From: Sphaerodactylus townsendi
Lineage: Eukaryota
Assembly (NCBI RefSeq): GCF_021028975.2
Contig: NC_059436.1
Location: 31,372,001-31,436,000 of the forward strand
Direction: 5' to 3'
DNA: 64,000 nt
The notes under the pieces are model-generated. The model made no database searches and was not told where the DNA came from. It worked only from the letters and a program-made list of their open reading frames with translations. A program made the translations under genes and the position numbers. Below are positions 1 through 10,450 of the stretch, piece after piece (the stretch's first letter is position 1; every line of letters begins with the position of its first letter).

Positions 1-3000
1 ACGACTTAAGCAAGGAAAAGTGTTGCAAGCCCAACAGAACTAACCACAAACCGCAGAAGCCAAGGAGAAACCAGGGCTAATGTGACAATCTCAAAAGAAC
101 CAATAATCCAAGCCAAACCAATTTCAGCACCATATACTGATGCCCTCCCAACTCAACTGATGTTATGCCAAAGCATTCAAATCGAGCAAACTGTACTAAT
201 AGTTGGAGGACTTGCCCGAAGATCACATGACATTCGTGAGCTCTGGATCAAGCCTCAGAGGCTGCTCTACAAGATGTTTTAATAGCTGTTCATATTAAAG
301 TTGTTTCAAGGTAGTCCTCATTCTGGTAGTCTTAATCAATGGACCCAGAAATGTTACACTGGAGTTTTTGCAATGATGAAGTAGAAGCATTCTGCACATT
401 CTCAGGGACATTTTTTTTCTTCCAGTATTCCAGGCCTAAGCCCTAGTGGTCTGAAAAGAGTCTGGGTACAAGTCATGTTGAAAGAAGGGGGGGGGATAAG
501 AGGCAAGGAGATTTTGCCTATAATAAGAAAGTCAGAGACATTGTGGGCAAAGGAGCACTGTGTTTCGAGTGGTTGTGCAAGAAGATGGAAAGGAAATGAA
601 GGATGCATTGGGTTGATGTGTAGAAGGAACCAGACTGAGGTTGGATATCCCCATCTTAAAGACATTTGGGAACTTTAAGCAAATGTGTAGGTGAAATTTT
701 TTACCTCTAAGCCTTCTTCATTCTGAATATGCACAGGGAGGGAGGCCACAGTTACAAACTTTGCATTTGTTCACAGGCACTTTATTATCATTTATCTCTG
801 AAATTAAAGACGGTTGACCAATCTGTTCATGCTGTAAGTGTCCTACCACTGAAATTCATTGCAAGTTTCAAATGACTCAGGATCATGTGGCTTTATCATA
901 CAGAGAGTGCCATTATCCCTTCGGGCTAAGTCCATTTGAAAAACTCCAGCCAATTGCCCTGCCACAGACACATGTTGAACGCTTCCAAGACGGAGGGCAT
1001 AGCTTTGGAGAATGAAAGTACTCTGCAGAACCATATCTGTCAAATGGCAAAATGACAGTGTCCTCCATGTTCCTTGTCCTGGCCTTATCCTGTCCTCCCT
1101 TGTCTCAGTCTTTGACATCTGCAGACACAATTCTAAGGGCTCTGGGCAGGAGCCAGCTCTCTTACATCACAGAAAAGGAGGGACCGTGGTATTTTTCAAC
1201 CCATGCGCCAAGCTTGTTCTCAGCCCCTTTTCTTTTCAGAATTTGTTTCCCATTAACTCTCTTAATAGAAGATCATTCTGCAAACCAGCCAAGCGTACTG
1301 CCTCACTTGTATTAGCACATGGTTTCTATTCCTAGCTTGGTAGATCATCCTCTGTTCCTGGGCTTCTCCTCCCCTTGAACTTTGCTGGGTACACATTTTC
1401 AAGGCACGTGCTGGCAATTTGGTCTCCAGCTCTCTCCGGTCAGTCATGAGCCACGGTCCTTTGGGTTATGAAAGCTTCATCAAAAAATGGGTTGGAATGT
1501 TTCACACTACCAATTTTCCTGCCAGATGATCTGATATCTCTGCAAGATTCTACTAGGAAATGTCAATTAAGTTGAAATGTTTCAGTTCAGAGTGCCGAGG
1601 AAAATGAAGCAGGAAAGTGTTGTTTCGCCAGATTAAATCATTGCAATTCAATGGAAAAGCCGTTCGAAATGTACACAGCTTTGTTGGCTTTAAACATTCT
1701 GTGAAATTTCTTGACATTTTGGCTTGTAAAGCTGGTTGGATTTAAAAAAAACCCCATAATCAGTCAGAAAACTGTATTCTCAATGCTGGTTAAAGCAACA
1801 TGCTTTTCAAGTTATAATTTTGAAACACTTATATCAGCTACTGAAAGCTTAGCCATCTTTCTGAATATGCTTTTTTTTCTTGATCAGATAAAAGTTCCCT
1901 TTCTCATGTTCTGTACACTATTATCATGATAACAAGCTTTCACTATGAAGTGCCGTACTACACTACTTCCCTTATAACATGATTAAGAAATGACACCGTT
2001 TGGCACCTTGGTTTTGCCAGAGAACTGTGGAATTTCTCCAACTGTCCCAAGTCACTGGCTCTCAATCAGGAATTTACCGTTCTAGGCCCAGTTTCACAGC
2101 AATAAGAATCCAACCGCCTTAACAATATTTTATTGTGCTGTCAGTAGAAACAGAGCTCTCTCAGGGTTTTGTGTCAATTGGGGAAACATGTATAGTCATT
2201 AAGGAAGTTATTTTTTCATAGTCCTTTGTTCCCATCAGATATTACACTTCAGGACAGCTCCAGAGGCTAAAGTCACCTAGCACAAAATCCAAAGGGAGGG
2301 AGGAACAGAAAGAAGAAACGGTAAAACTGACAACTGTGGACATAAATGGAATACGTCTTCTGGGTGTTGCAACCATAATCTAGGGCTTGGTCCTTCAGGG
2401 TGGTTTCTGTCTTCTTGAAGATATCCAGATATAACCGAAGGATCTGAGGCAAGATCTGTTGCCCACCCAGCCGCAAACACCGCCATGGAACTTACTATGC
2501 ATTTAATCTTACAAGACTGAAAGCCTAGAATTCATTTGCAGCGCCAGTTGCCTGAGCATTGATGGATCTCTTCCCTTGCCAGCCTTCTGCTTTCACGGCC
2601 TCCCCTGGCCTCTTGCTCATTGCATATTGTATCCCCGCAACCATATGAGAAATGTGATCTGACCTCCACTCCAGATGCTGGGGGATGCCACGTCAACTCA
2701 GCGTTCACATCACTAGAACGCTTGACAAGGTTGCAACTCCATTGCTTTCCGCAGCTGCAGAAATCACAGCTGGCCGGCAGGGAAGAACGGAGCAGAAAGA
2801 TTGCTGGGCGTGTCCGGTCCATCATTGATGAGCCATCCCAAGCCACATGTAGATGAAGAACCTATGTGTAGGAATCAGGAGAACTGCTTACAAACAGCCG
2901 CTCACTGCCTGACAGCCTGACAGTATTAATGTCAGTGCAGCTTAGTCATATGTCACTGGGCTCTTTTTGCCCAGTGGCAGTCACTTTTTCCTGGGTCCCT

Positions 3001-3427
3001 CCCATGCCTTCCACCCAAGTTCCTCTCTAGCCATGTGTCCTGTTGGCAGCAACTTCCGTTTATCCACCCATTCACTTTGCTGGCAGAAAGACAGAACCTG
3101 CTCATCAAAAGTGGAGAGAAAAAGGTGGATTTCTGGAGCATCATTCTATTGGTTTTTAAATAGTCGTGTTTTAATTGTGACTGGTAAGCTAGCTGGAGCC
3201 AAAAGGAAAGACAGGATAAAAATATCAACCAATAAATAGCAAATGCACTTATTGATGACCTGTCAAGACAGATGGAGGGTTGTTTTTTTAACTTCTCCTG
3301 AATGCCCCTTTCCTCTGGGGACTGCTCTTTAGAATCAAACGAGAATAAATTCAGCTTTAGCTGAATCAGGAATCACCAGAGAGCCAGTTAGGAATTTGTA
3401 AACATTGAAGAGGTTGCTTCTGAGCAT

Positions 3428-3650
3428 GGGCAGTCTGGTGCAGTGTTGAATGAGGACATGAAAGACTCAGGTTCGAATCCCTACTCTGCCACAGAAATGT
3501 GTTGGGTGACCCAGGGTCAGTCAGACACTCTCAACCTAACCTACCTCCTAGGTTTAGTGTGAAGTTAACATGGAGGACAGAAGAATAATGTGAACTACGC
3601 TGGATCTACACTGAGAGGAAAGGTGAGGTGTATATGAGGTAAATAAGTAA
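3428..3650 (+). mobile_element. Old tRNA-derived SINE (Squam3-like)
   Basis: B-box ggttcgaatccc, body ctcaacctaacctacctc, tail aaataagtaa. Confidence 0.7.
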
Positions 3651-4331
3651 TATTTCCCTCAGCATTGAGTGGCCTAATAAAACATTAATCTGGCATGAGG
3701 TGGCAGGACTTTGAAAGGAGGGGACATGGCTTGATTCCCAGCCCCACTCTCTTGAGAAATCCCTGCTTTTTTATCCCCATAAGGTATGAAACAATTGGCC
3801 AATCCTGTCACAGCTGGAAGCAAAGGACACTAAAATGTATGCACTGCATTAGGTGAAATGTCTCAGTCTCCACCTAGGTGGAATTACTTTTCTATATTTA
3901 AGTTTCTGGGGAATTGGCTGGGTTGCAGGCACCACAGCTGTAAGCATCACAGCTCCATCCAGCAAACGGAGGAGCATATATCCTAAAGGATTAATCTGTT
4001 ATAATTAGACGATGTGGGATGATCTTAGCACACAACTAGCGGTGGTAGAAAGGAAGGGAACCTGGCCAGCAATGACTGAACTGGGCCTAGTGAAGGGGAA
4101 TTGGCTCTGAATGCCAAACAGCTTCCAAGAAGAAACAGCTTCTCTTTCAAAAGAAACCCACCAGCAAAAAGCTCAGATTAAAGGAGAAGGGAAACAATCC
4201 AGGATGGCAACAGTGCTAGCGAAATAAGAATCCTGGAATGCACAAATGACTTTTAAGTGCATCGTTTTCATGGGGTTTGAACATACTTTGGCAGATGGTT
4301 CTCAGGAAAACAAGGGGAGCTCAGCTACTGC

Positions 4332-6236
4332 TAGGGTTGCCAGCCCCAGGTTGGGAAATTCTTGCAAACTTTGTGAGTGGAATCTGAGGAGGGTGGATTT
4401 AGTGAGGGGATGGACTTCAATTCGGTATGACACCCTACAGTCCACTTCCAAAGTGGCCATTTTCTCCAGGCGAATTGATCTCTGTCGCCTGAACATCAGT
4501 TGTAATTGTGCAAAATCTCCAGCCGCCACCTGGAGGTTGATGAAAACAAAGTAAATGCACTACACACAGCTAAGCAGTGATAGCTGGATAAGTTAGGAAT
4601 ATTTACAAGGTGAAAACCCTTTGAAAAGTATTCAGAGCAAGATCCAGCAATTCTTAGGTGTCCATCTGTTTACAGACATACACTCAAAAGCTCCATCGCA
4701 CCAACAGTGCTTCACAGTAATAGCACCCTTCAAAAATCAGTTTAAAGAACTCAGAAGAACATGAACATTCCTCACTAAGGATTGTTTTCTCTTTACAGGT
4801 AAAAGCACCCACTAAACATTGCCGGTGTTCGGATATAGTCTGACTTCATACAAGACTTCAAGGTCAAGTGGTATCGGTTTAAAAAAAATGGAACAAATAG
4901 ATTGTTTTAATTATTATTGTTTTATTTTAAACAATTTTTATCAAATAAAAATGGAACAAGGGATCGTGCTGCCTTGTGCAAATTACCAACAAAACACCTA
5001 CAGAAAGCAACTCACATCGCATTGTCCAAAATCTATGTCAGCTCTAGCAAGACAGTTGTTTCACCATTGGAACAGACTCAGTCCAAATAACTGCTGGTGT
5101 GAGTGGGCTGTCAGAGAAACGTCCACAAACCTTTCCACCCCCACCCCACCCTGCTTTCCAAGGTCCACAAGCCTTGGAAAGTAGGGTGTGGGCATGATTT
5201 TGTTTGTGGGAGGGATCGTGCTGCCTTTTCCCCCACCCTGATTTTTAAGGCCCACAAGCCTTGGAAAGTGGGGCGGGGGCATGATCCTGCTTGCAGGAGG
5301 GAGCACACTCCCTCCCACCATCAAGATCATACTGCCTTCTCCCCCTCACCCTGTCTCTGCTGTCCAAGTCTGAAAAGACTGGGACAGTAGAGTTGTGGGG
5401 GGCAATCTTCCATGCCGGGCAATTTAGCCCGACATAGAGGATTGCTTTCTCTCTCTCCCCCGCTTGCGCTGTCTAAAAGCCGATAAAGCTGAAACCGATA
5501 AGGGTTTCTTCGAGTGTTTCGGGTGATTCGGATTTACCGAATCACCAAGCCTAGTAGCGAACAGTTTTCTTGTTCATTTGTACAATGGCCGTCCCTGCCT
5601 GCAAGGATTATAAAATACTAAACTGAAGGAGAGCAGCATTGTGAGTTCCTCTAGCAGACTGCCCTCGCCAGCACAGCTATTTGGGCTGAGTCCGTTTCAA
5701 TGGCGGAACAACTCTTTTATTCGCGCTGACATAGATTTTGGACATTAATGCGACGTGAGTTGCTTTCTGTAAGTGTTCTAGTTGGCAGTTTGCACAAGGG
5801 GTATGAGAATCTTATTTGTTTCATTTGTTACCGATACCACTTGCCCTTGAATGAAGTCAGACTATATTTGGAAAGCGACGAGGTTTAGTGGGTGTTCTTA
5901 TCTGCAAAGGGAAAACAATCCTTAATGAGGAATTTTCATGTTCTTCCGTGTACTGAGTTCTTTAAACCGATTGTTTGAAAGGGTGTTATCGTTCTGCAGC
6001 ACTGTCAGTGTGCTTGAGCTTTTGCGCGTACGTTTGTAAATAGACTGACACCTCAGAAGTGCTGGATCTTGCTCTGAATGCTTTTCAAAGGTGTTTTGCC
6101 TTGTAAATATTCCTAACCTACCCAGTTATTGCTGCTTAGCTGTGTGTAGTGCGTTTACTTTGTTTTTATTTATGTTGCATTAACCCCACTCGCTTATTAT
6201 TTATGATGGGAAACCACCTGGAGGTTGGCAGCCTTC
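4332..6236 (+). mobile_element. TAGGGTTGCC-type non-autonomous DNA element, interrupted by a 1.67-kb insertion (4540-6213)
   Basis: Starts tagggttgccag and runs to ccacctggaggttg (4526-4539). It resumes at ccacctggaggttggcagcctt (6214-6235). An uninterrupted relative lies at 34695-34916. Confidence 0.75.
4540..6169. repeat. Long imperfect inverted repeat (arms ~4540-5128 and ~5639-6169)
   Basis: For example, atgaaaacaaagtaaatgcactacacacagctaagcag versus ctgcttagctgtgtgtagtgcgtttactttgtttttat. Collinear over ~550 bp, roughly 80% identical by eye. Confidence 0.95.
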
Positions 6237-6814
6237 CACTACTGCAAAAAACTGAAGTTCGCTGTGGAGGTGAGAGGAAACCTGCCTAGAAAAAGAGGTG
6301 CCTTGGCTCTAGTCTGACCAGAAACAAACCGTCCCTCTCATCTGGGATCCTTTCCCCAGCCCTCGGCTTACTGCAGACGGGTAGTGCTTTCATCTGTTCT
6401 TTCTTAGCATGTTGTAGATTGAAGCCTGTGCGCAGAGAACAGATGCTGGGCCTGGGCTGCAGTATGAATGAAGTCCTGTCACTGTCTCCGGATGAGTTTG
6501 CCGAACTGCAACCTGGATCTAAGGCTGCCACTTGAGAAATTCCTGGAAATTCAGGGGCAGGTCTTGGGGAGTCTGGAGTTTGCCAAGAGGAGCAAGTTCT
6601 GCATGAATGTGATGCCATTGATTCTACCCTCAACAACTGCCATTTTCTCTAGGGGATCTGAGTGGTCTGAAGAGCAACTGCAATTCCAGGAAATTTCCAT
6701 GCCCCACCTGGAGGCACTTAGATCCCCTGAACTATATTTTCATCCCCAGGCTATGGCTGGGCACTGACAAGTGGAATTGGTCTCACTCAAGAGGGTGTTT
6801 TGTGAAAGCAGTAG

Positions 6815-7124
6815 GAGCAGCAGTGGTGTAGTGGTTAAGAGCAGATGAGCTCTAATCTGGAGAACCGGGTTTGATTCCCCGATCTGCCACTTGAGCTGTG
6901 GAGGCTTATCTGGGGAACTAGATTAGCCTGTGCACTACAACACACACCAGCTGGGTGACCTTGAGCTAGTCACAGTTCTTCGGAGCTCTCTCAACCCCAC
7001 CCACCTCACAGGCTGTTTGTTGTGGGGGGAGAAGAGAAAGGAGATTGTAAACCCCTTTGAGTCTCCTTACAGGAGAGAAAGGGGGGTATACATCCAAACT
7101 CTTCTTCTTCCTCCTTCTCCTCCT
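6815..7124 (+). mobile_element. Full-length tRNA-derived SINE (Squam3-like, gecko type)
   Basis: A-box tggtgtagtgg, B-box ggtttgattccc, (CTT)n tail. Close relatives at 15181-15503(-), 28270-28570(+) and 56275-56575(+). Confidence 0.85.
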
Positions 7125-9049
7125 GATCCCCTCCCTGGAAAGCCTCAACAACTCCAGGGTTACTTGCATGCCTTCCCTCCCTCTTTTCACAGGCCCCTCA
7201 GAATGGCTGTTCTGAAGGCCCCTCCAACAGTAGGAGCTGTTAGCTAAGTGAACCTCTGTTGCATACAAGCATATCCCAAAGGGAGCTAGCAGTCATCTCC
7301 CGGTGCATCCTCTGCTTCCTCATTTCCAGACAAAAAACAGTGCAAGTGTTCAGGACAAAAAACAGTGCAAGTGTTAACCCACATGTGTGCACACTCACAT
7401 ACTGTAGCAGCCCCACTCAAATGGGGCCCCTGTGCACTTGATTTTTACAGGAAAAAATCCCACTATCTGTTTAAGCCCTACATTTTCCCTGCAAAATGAG
7501 AGAATTCTGCAATTTGTTGGAAGGACAACAAAGGGGAAAATCAGTGGTCTTGCTACATACTGATGACAATATTCAATTTTGTTAGGGGGCAGCCAGGAGT
7601 TCGGCTCCCTTACGTGTGGGTACATTCTATAGAAAACAACCTGGGGTGAATGGAAAGGTAGAGGGCACCTTGTTGAAAGAGACTGTGAGATTATAAAATT
7701 TGACATTCTAAGAAAATGAAGGCAAAATGCAATCATAGAGTATGGAGCTTATATGTTAAAAGAGTGGATTTTGACAAGCCCTCAGCAAAGCCTTTGGGAA
7801 AGATGCAAAATGCAATAAGGATTCAAGCCAGCCAGTAGAATTTGCATTTCTCAATGTTCAGGCCCAATAGTAAACTGCATTTGGAAATAAAATAATGGGA
7901 AGAATTACAGTAGGCTGACGTGGCAGTGCAGATTTTTAATAACCTGAGAAGCATGAAGGGAAGTTATGGAAAGAAAGGTTGCTGATCTTGTTGCTTACCT
8001 GATCATCTCCAGCGAGTAACTTTCAGACTCCATGGTATCTATTGCAGGTAAGGGAATGTTTTTTCTGCTCCCAAAATTTGCTTTGCTGCAGATTATGGAG
8101 GGTTTTTTACCCAGTGACCTATGCAATCCTATCAAACTCTAATATTCTGTGGCAGAGCAAGGAGGGGGGTGCAGAAAAGCAATACCCGATTTGATTTTCA
8201 AATCTGATGAAATGATGACCCTTAATGAGACGTCTGACCGGGAGCCGAGTTTTTACACTCACTCTAATGGCTGCAGAAGCCCGACCAAAGCAAACTCGTG
8301 CCCTGATCAAAGTTCTTTGACGAGCTGATTTACAACTGGAATCAAGTTGCAGAATTTCCAAGCAATGCCTCAATCAAGGTGAAAACCAAAAACATTCAAA
8401 ATGGAAATCCAATATAGTGTTTGCTTTAAGTAAAATTAAAATACATCTTCTCAGCATATTATTCATCATTTCTTTACAATTCAAACTGTTATTAGGCTAC
8501 AGTGAAATATTTATTCCCCCAATACAGTATCAAAACAATTACTGAATCAAAATGGAAACAAAATTATCTATGGGGTATAAATTATTGAGGAGACAGTCTC
8601 CTGACATCCTGAATAATTGTTTACTGGTTCTGTACCACTTAAAGTAAATACATATTTCATTACTGTATTTCATTTACTTGGTGTAGTTAAAGAAGCCTAC
8701 CACTGCTTTTTTCTTTTCAAAGAACACACAGATTAATGATAAATTAACTAAGTATTTTGCTTCCAAGGAAGCAAACACACACAGCCATACCAAACCCTGT
8801 CCCTACGTAGTTTGAAAATCAGATGACTTCTTCAACACTGACTGTTTTTAAGCTTCTCTGCATTCAGGCACAGGACAAACTTCGATACATTTGTGACATC
8901 AACTTGTGGGTGAAGTGAGCATGCTCCCCCCTTCCTCCCTACCCATCCAAGGCGTGGCAAGCGCTAGGTAGGGGCTGGTGATCTCCAAGAATTAAAACTA
9001 ATCTCCAGACTGCAGAGAGTGATTCCCCAGAAGAAAATATTGGATGTGG

Positions 9050-10100
9050 AAGAAGAAGAGTAGGCTTTATACCCCCTACTTTTCTCGATCTTAAGGAGTC
9101 CCAAAGTGGGTTATAATCACATTCCCTCTCTCCCCACACAGGCACCTTGTGAGGAAAAATCATAGAATCTTTGGCCCTTTCCGCACAGGCGGTAAAGAGT
9201 GCCCCAGGGATGCTAAAAACCGCGTCCCTGGGGAGGGGTTCGCACAGCTGCCGAGCGGCGTGAAGATGCTGCTTTCGAACCTTGCTCCCTGAACAAGGTT
9301 TTTTGAAAGCAGTGGCTTCCAGCAGCTGCCATGCGAATGGCAGCGGCTGGAAGGCGCCATTTCTCCCTCTTCCCCGAACGCCTAACCATCCCCTCCAGCC
9401 TTCCGGCGCGTCGCACAGGCCTGGGGACATGCCCCCCCCCGCCCTGTGACTCCAGAGCTGTTGCTCAGGGCAGGGGGGCGTGTCCCCTGGCCTGTGTGAC
9501 ACACCGGAAGGCCGGAGGGGATGGTAAGGCATTCGGGGGATGGCGCAGCCTCTGTGCAGGTTGCACCGTCTTCCCCACCCCTACCGTGCGAACAGTCCCG
9601 GGGGGTGCATCGGCGTAAATGACGCCGATGCACCCCCAAAGCGTGGCTGTGCGGAAACGGCCATAGAGTTGGAAGAGACCCAAAGGGCCATCAAGTCCAA
9701 CCCCCTGCAATGCAGGAACACACAATCAAAGCACTCCTGATAGAGCCTCTCTTAAAAACCTCCAAAGAAGGAGACTCCACTACATTCCACTGTTGAACAG
9801 CCCTTACTGTCGGGAAGTTTTTCCTGATGTTTAGGTGGAATCTCTTTTCCTTCACCTTGAACCCATGACTCCTGGTCCTAGTCTCTGGAGCAGCAGAAAA
9901 CAAGCCTGCTCCCTCACCAACATGACATCCCTTCAAATATCTAAACATGGCTATTATGTCACCTCTTAACCTTCTCTTCATCAAACTAAACATACCCAGC
10001 TCCCTAAGTCCCTCCTCATAGGTGGGGCTAAGAGAGTTCAGAGAGAACTACGAGTGGTCCAAGGTCACCCAGCAGGCTTCATGTGGAGGAGTCGGGAATC
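9050..10100 (-). mobile_element. Nested cluster: SINE (9050-9154 plus 10021-10100) interrupted by a CR1 3' fragment (9155-10020), itself interrupted by a Harbinger-type MITE (9173-9662)
   Basis: SINE halves rejoin at ttgtgagg/ggtggggctaagag. CR1 ORF2 C-terminus FSLMKRRLRGDIIAMFRYLKG and catagaatc tail. MITE TIRs ggccctttccgcacag/ctgtgcggaaacggcc. Confidence 0.85.
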
Positions 10101-10149
10101 CCATCATGTTCTGGCTTTTGCCCTCTGCATTGCACTGGAAGTGCCTTCC

Positions 10150-10450
10150 CCAGAATCACAGATGGATCTCCTCCCTGCCAAAATCTAAAATCTTTTGTCC
10201 TCTTTGACCTTTCAGCTGCATGTGATACAAATGATCTCTCTCTTCAGCCTGACTCCTTTCAGACCTTAGCTTCCATGTTCTCTTCCTTCCAGTCTAATTG
10301 CACCAATCAATATTTCTGCCTCTGCTTTCTCTCTTTCTGCCAGGGTACCCCAGGGATCTGTCCTTGGCTCTCTTCTTCTCTTTCCCTGCTCAGTCCCCGG
10401 AGAGCCTCGTCAAATCCCATGGCATTCATTACTTGTTATGTGCTGACTTA
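10150..10450 (+). mobile_element. Ancient L2 LINE reverse-transcriptase fragment
   Basis: Degenerate RT motifs: FDLSAACDTND (~LDLSAAFDTVDH), cagggtaccccagggatctgtccttgg (~GVPQGSVLG), SHGIHYLLCAD (~YADD). Confidence 0.7.

Noticed and set aside
2273-2860. Minus-strand ORFs with an acceptor-like site near 2862
   Set aside because: All frames stop or give unrecognisable peptides; no multi-exon model can be built.
6815-6890. tRNA gene (and 5S rRNA-like segments near 19810 and 23020)
   Set aside because: These are SINE heads continuing into SINE bodies and tails; no intact cloverleaf or full 5S sequence.
8209-8331. C/D-box snoRNA-like arrangement (ATGATGA ... CTGA)
   Set aside because: Terminal stem is only ~3 A-T pairs, no rRNA/snRNA guide recognised, and no plus-strand host gene.
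8939-9740. Several overlapping GC-rich ORFs (up to 197 aa)
   Set aside because: They lie in a GC-rich palindromic MITE and flanking repeats; stop-poor by composition.
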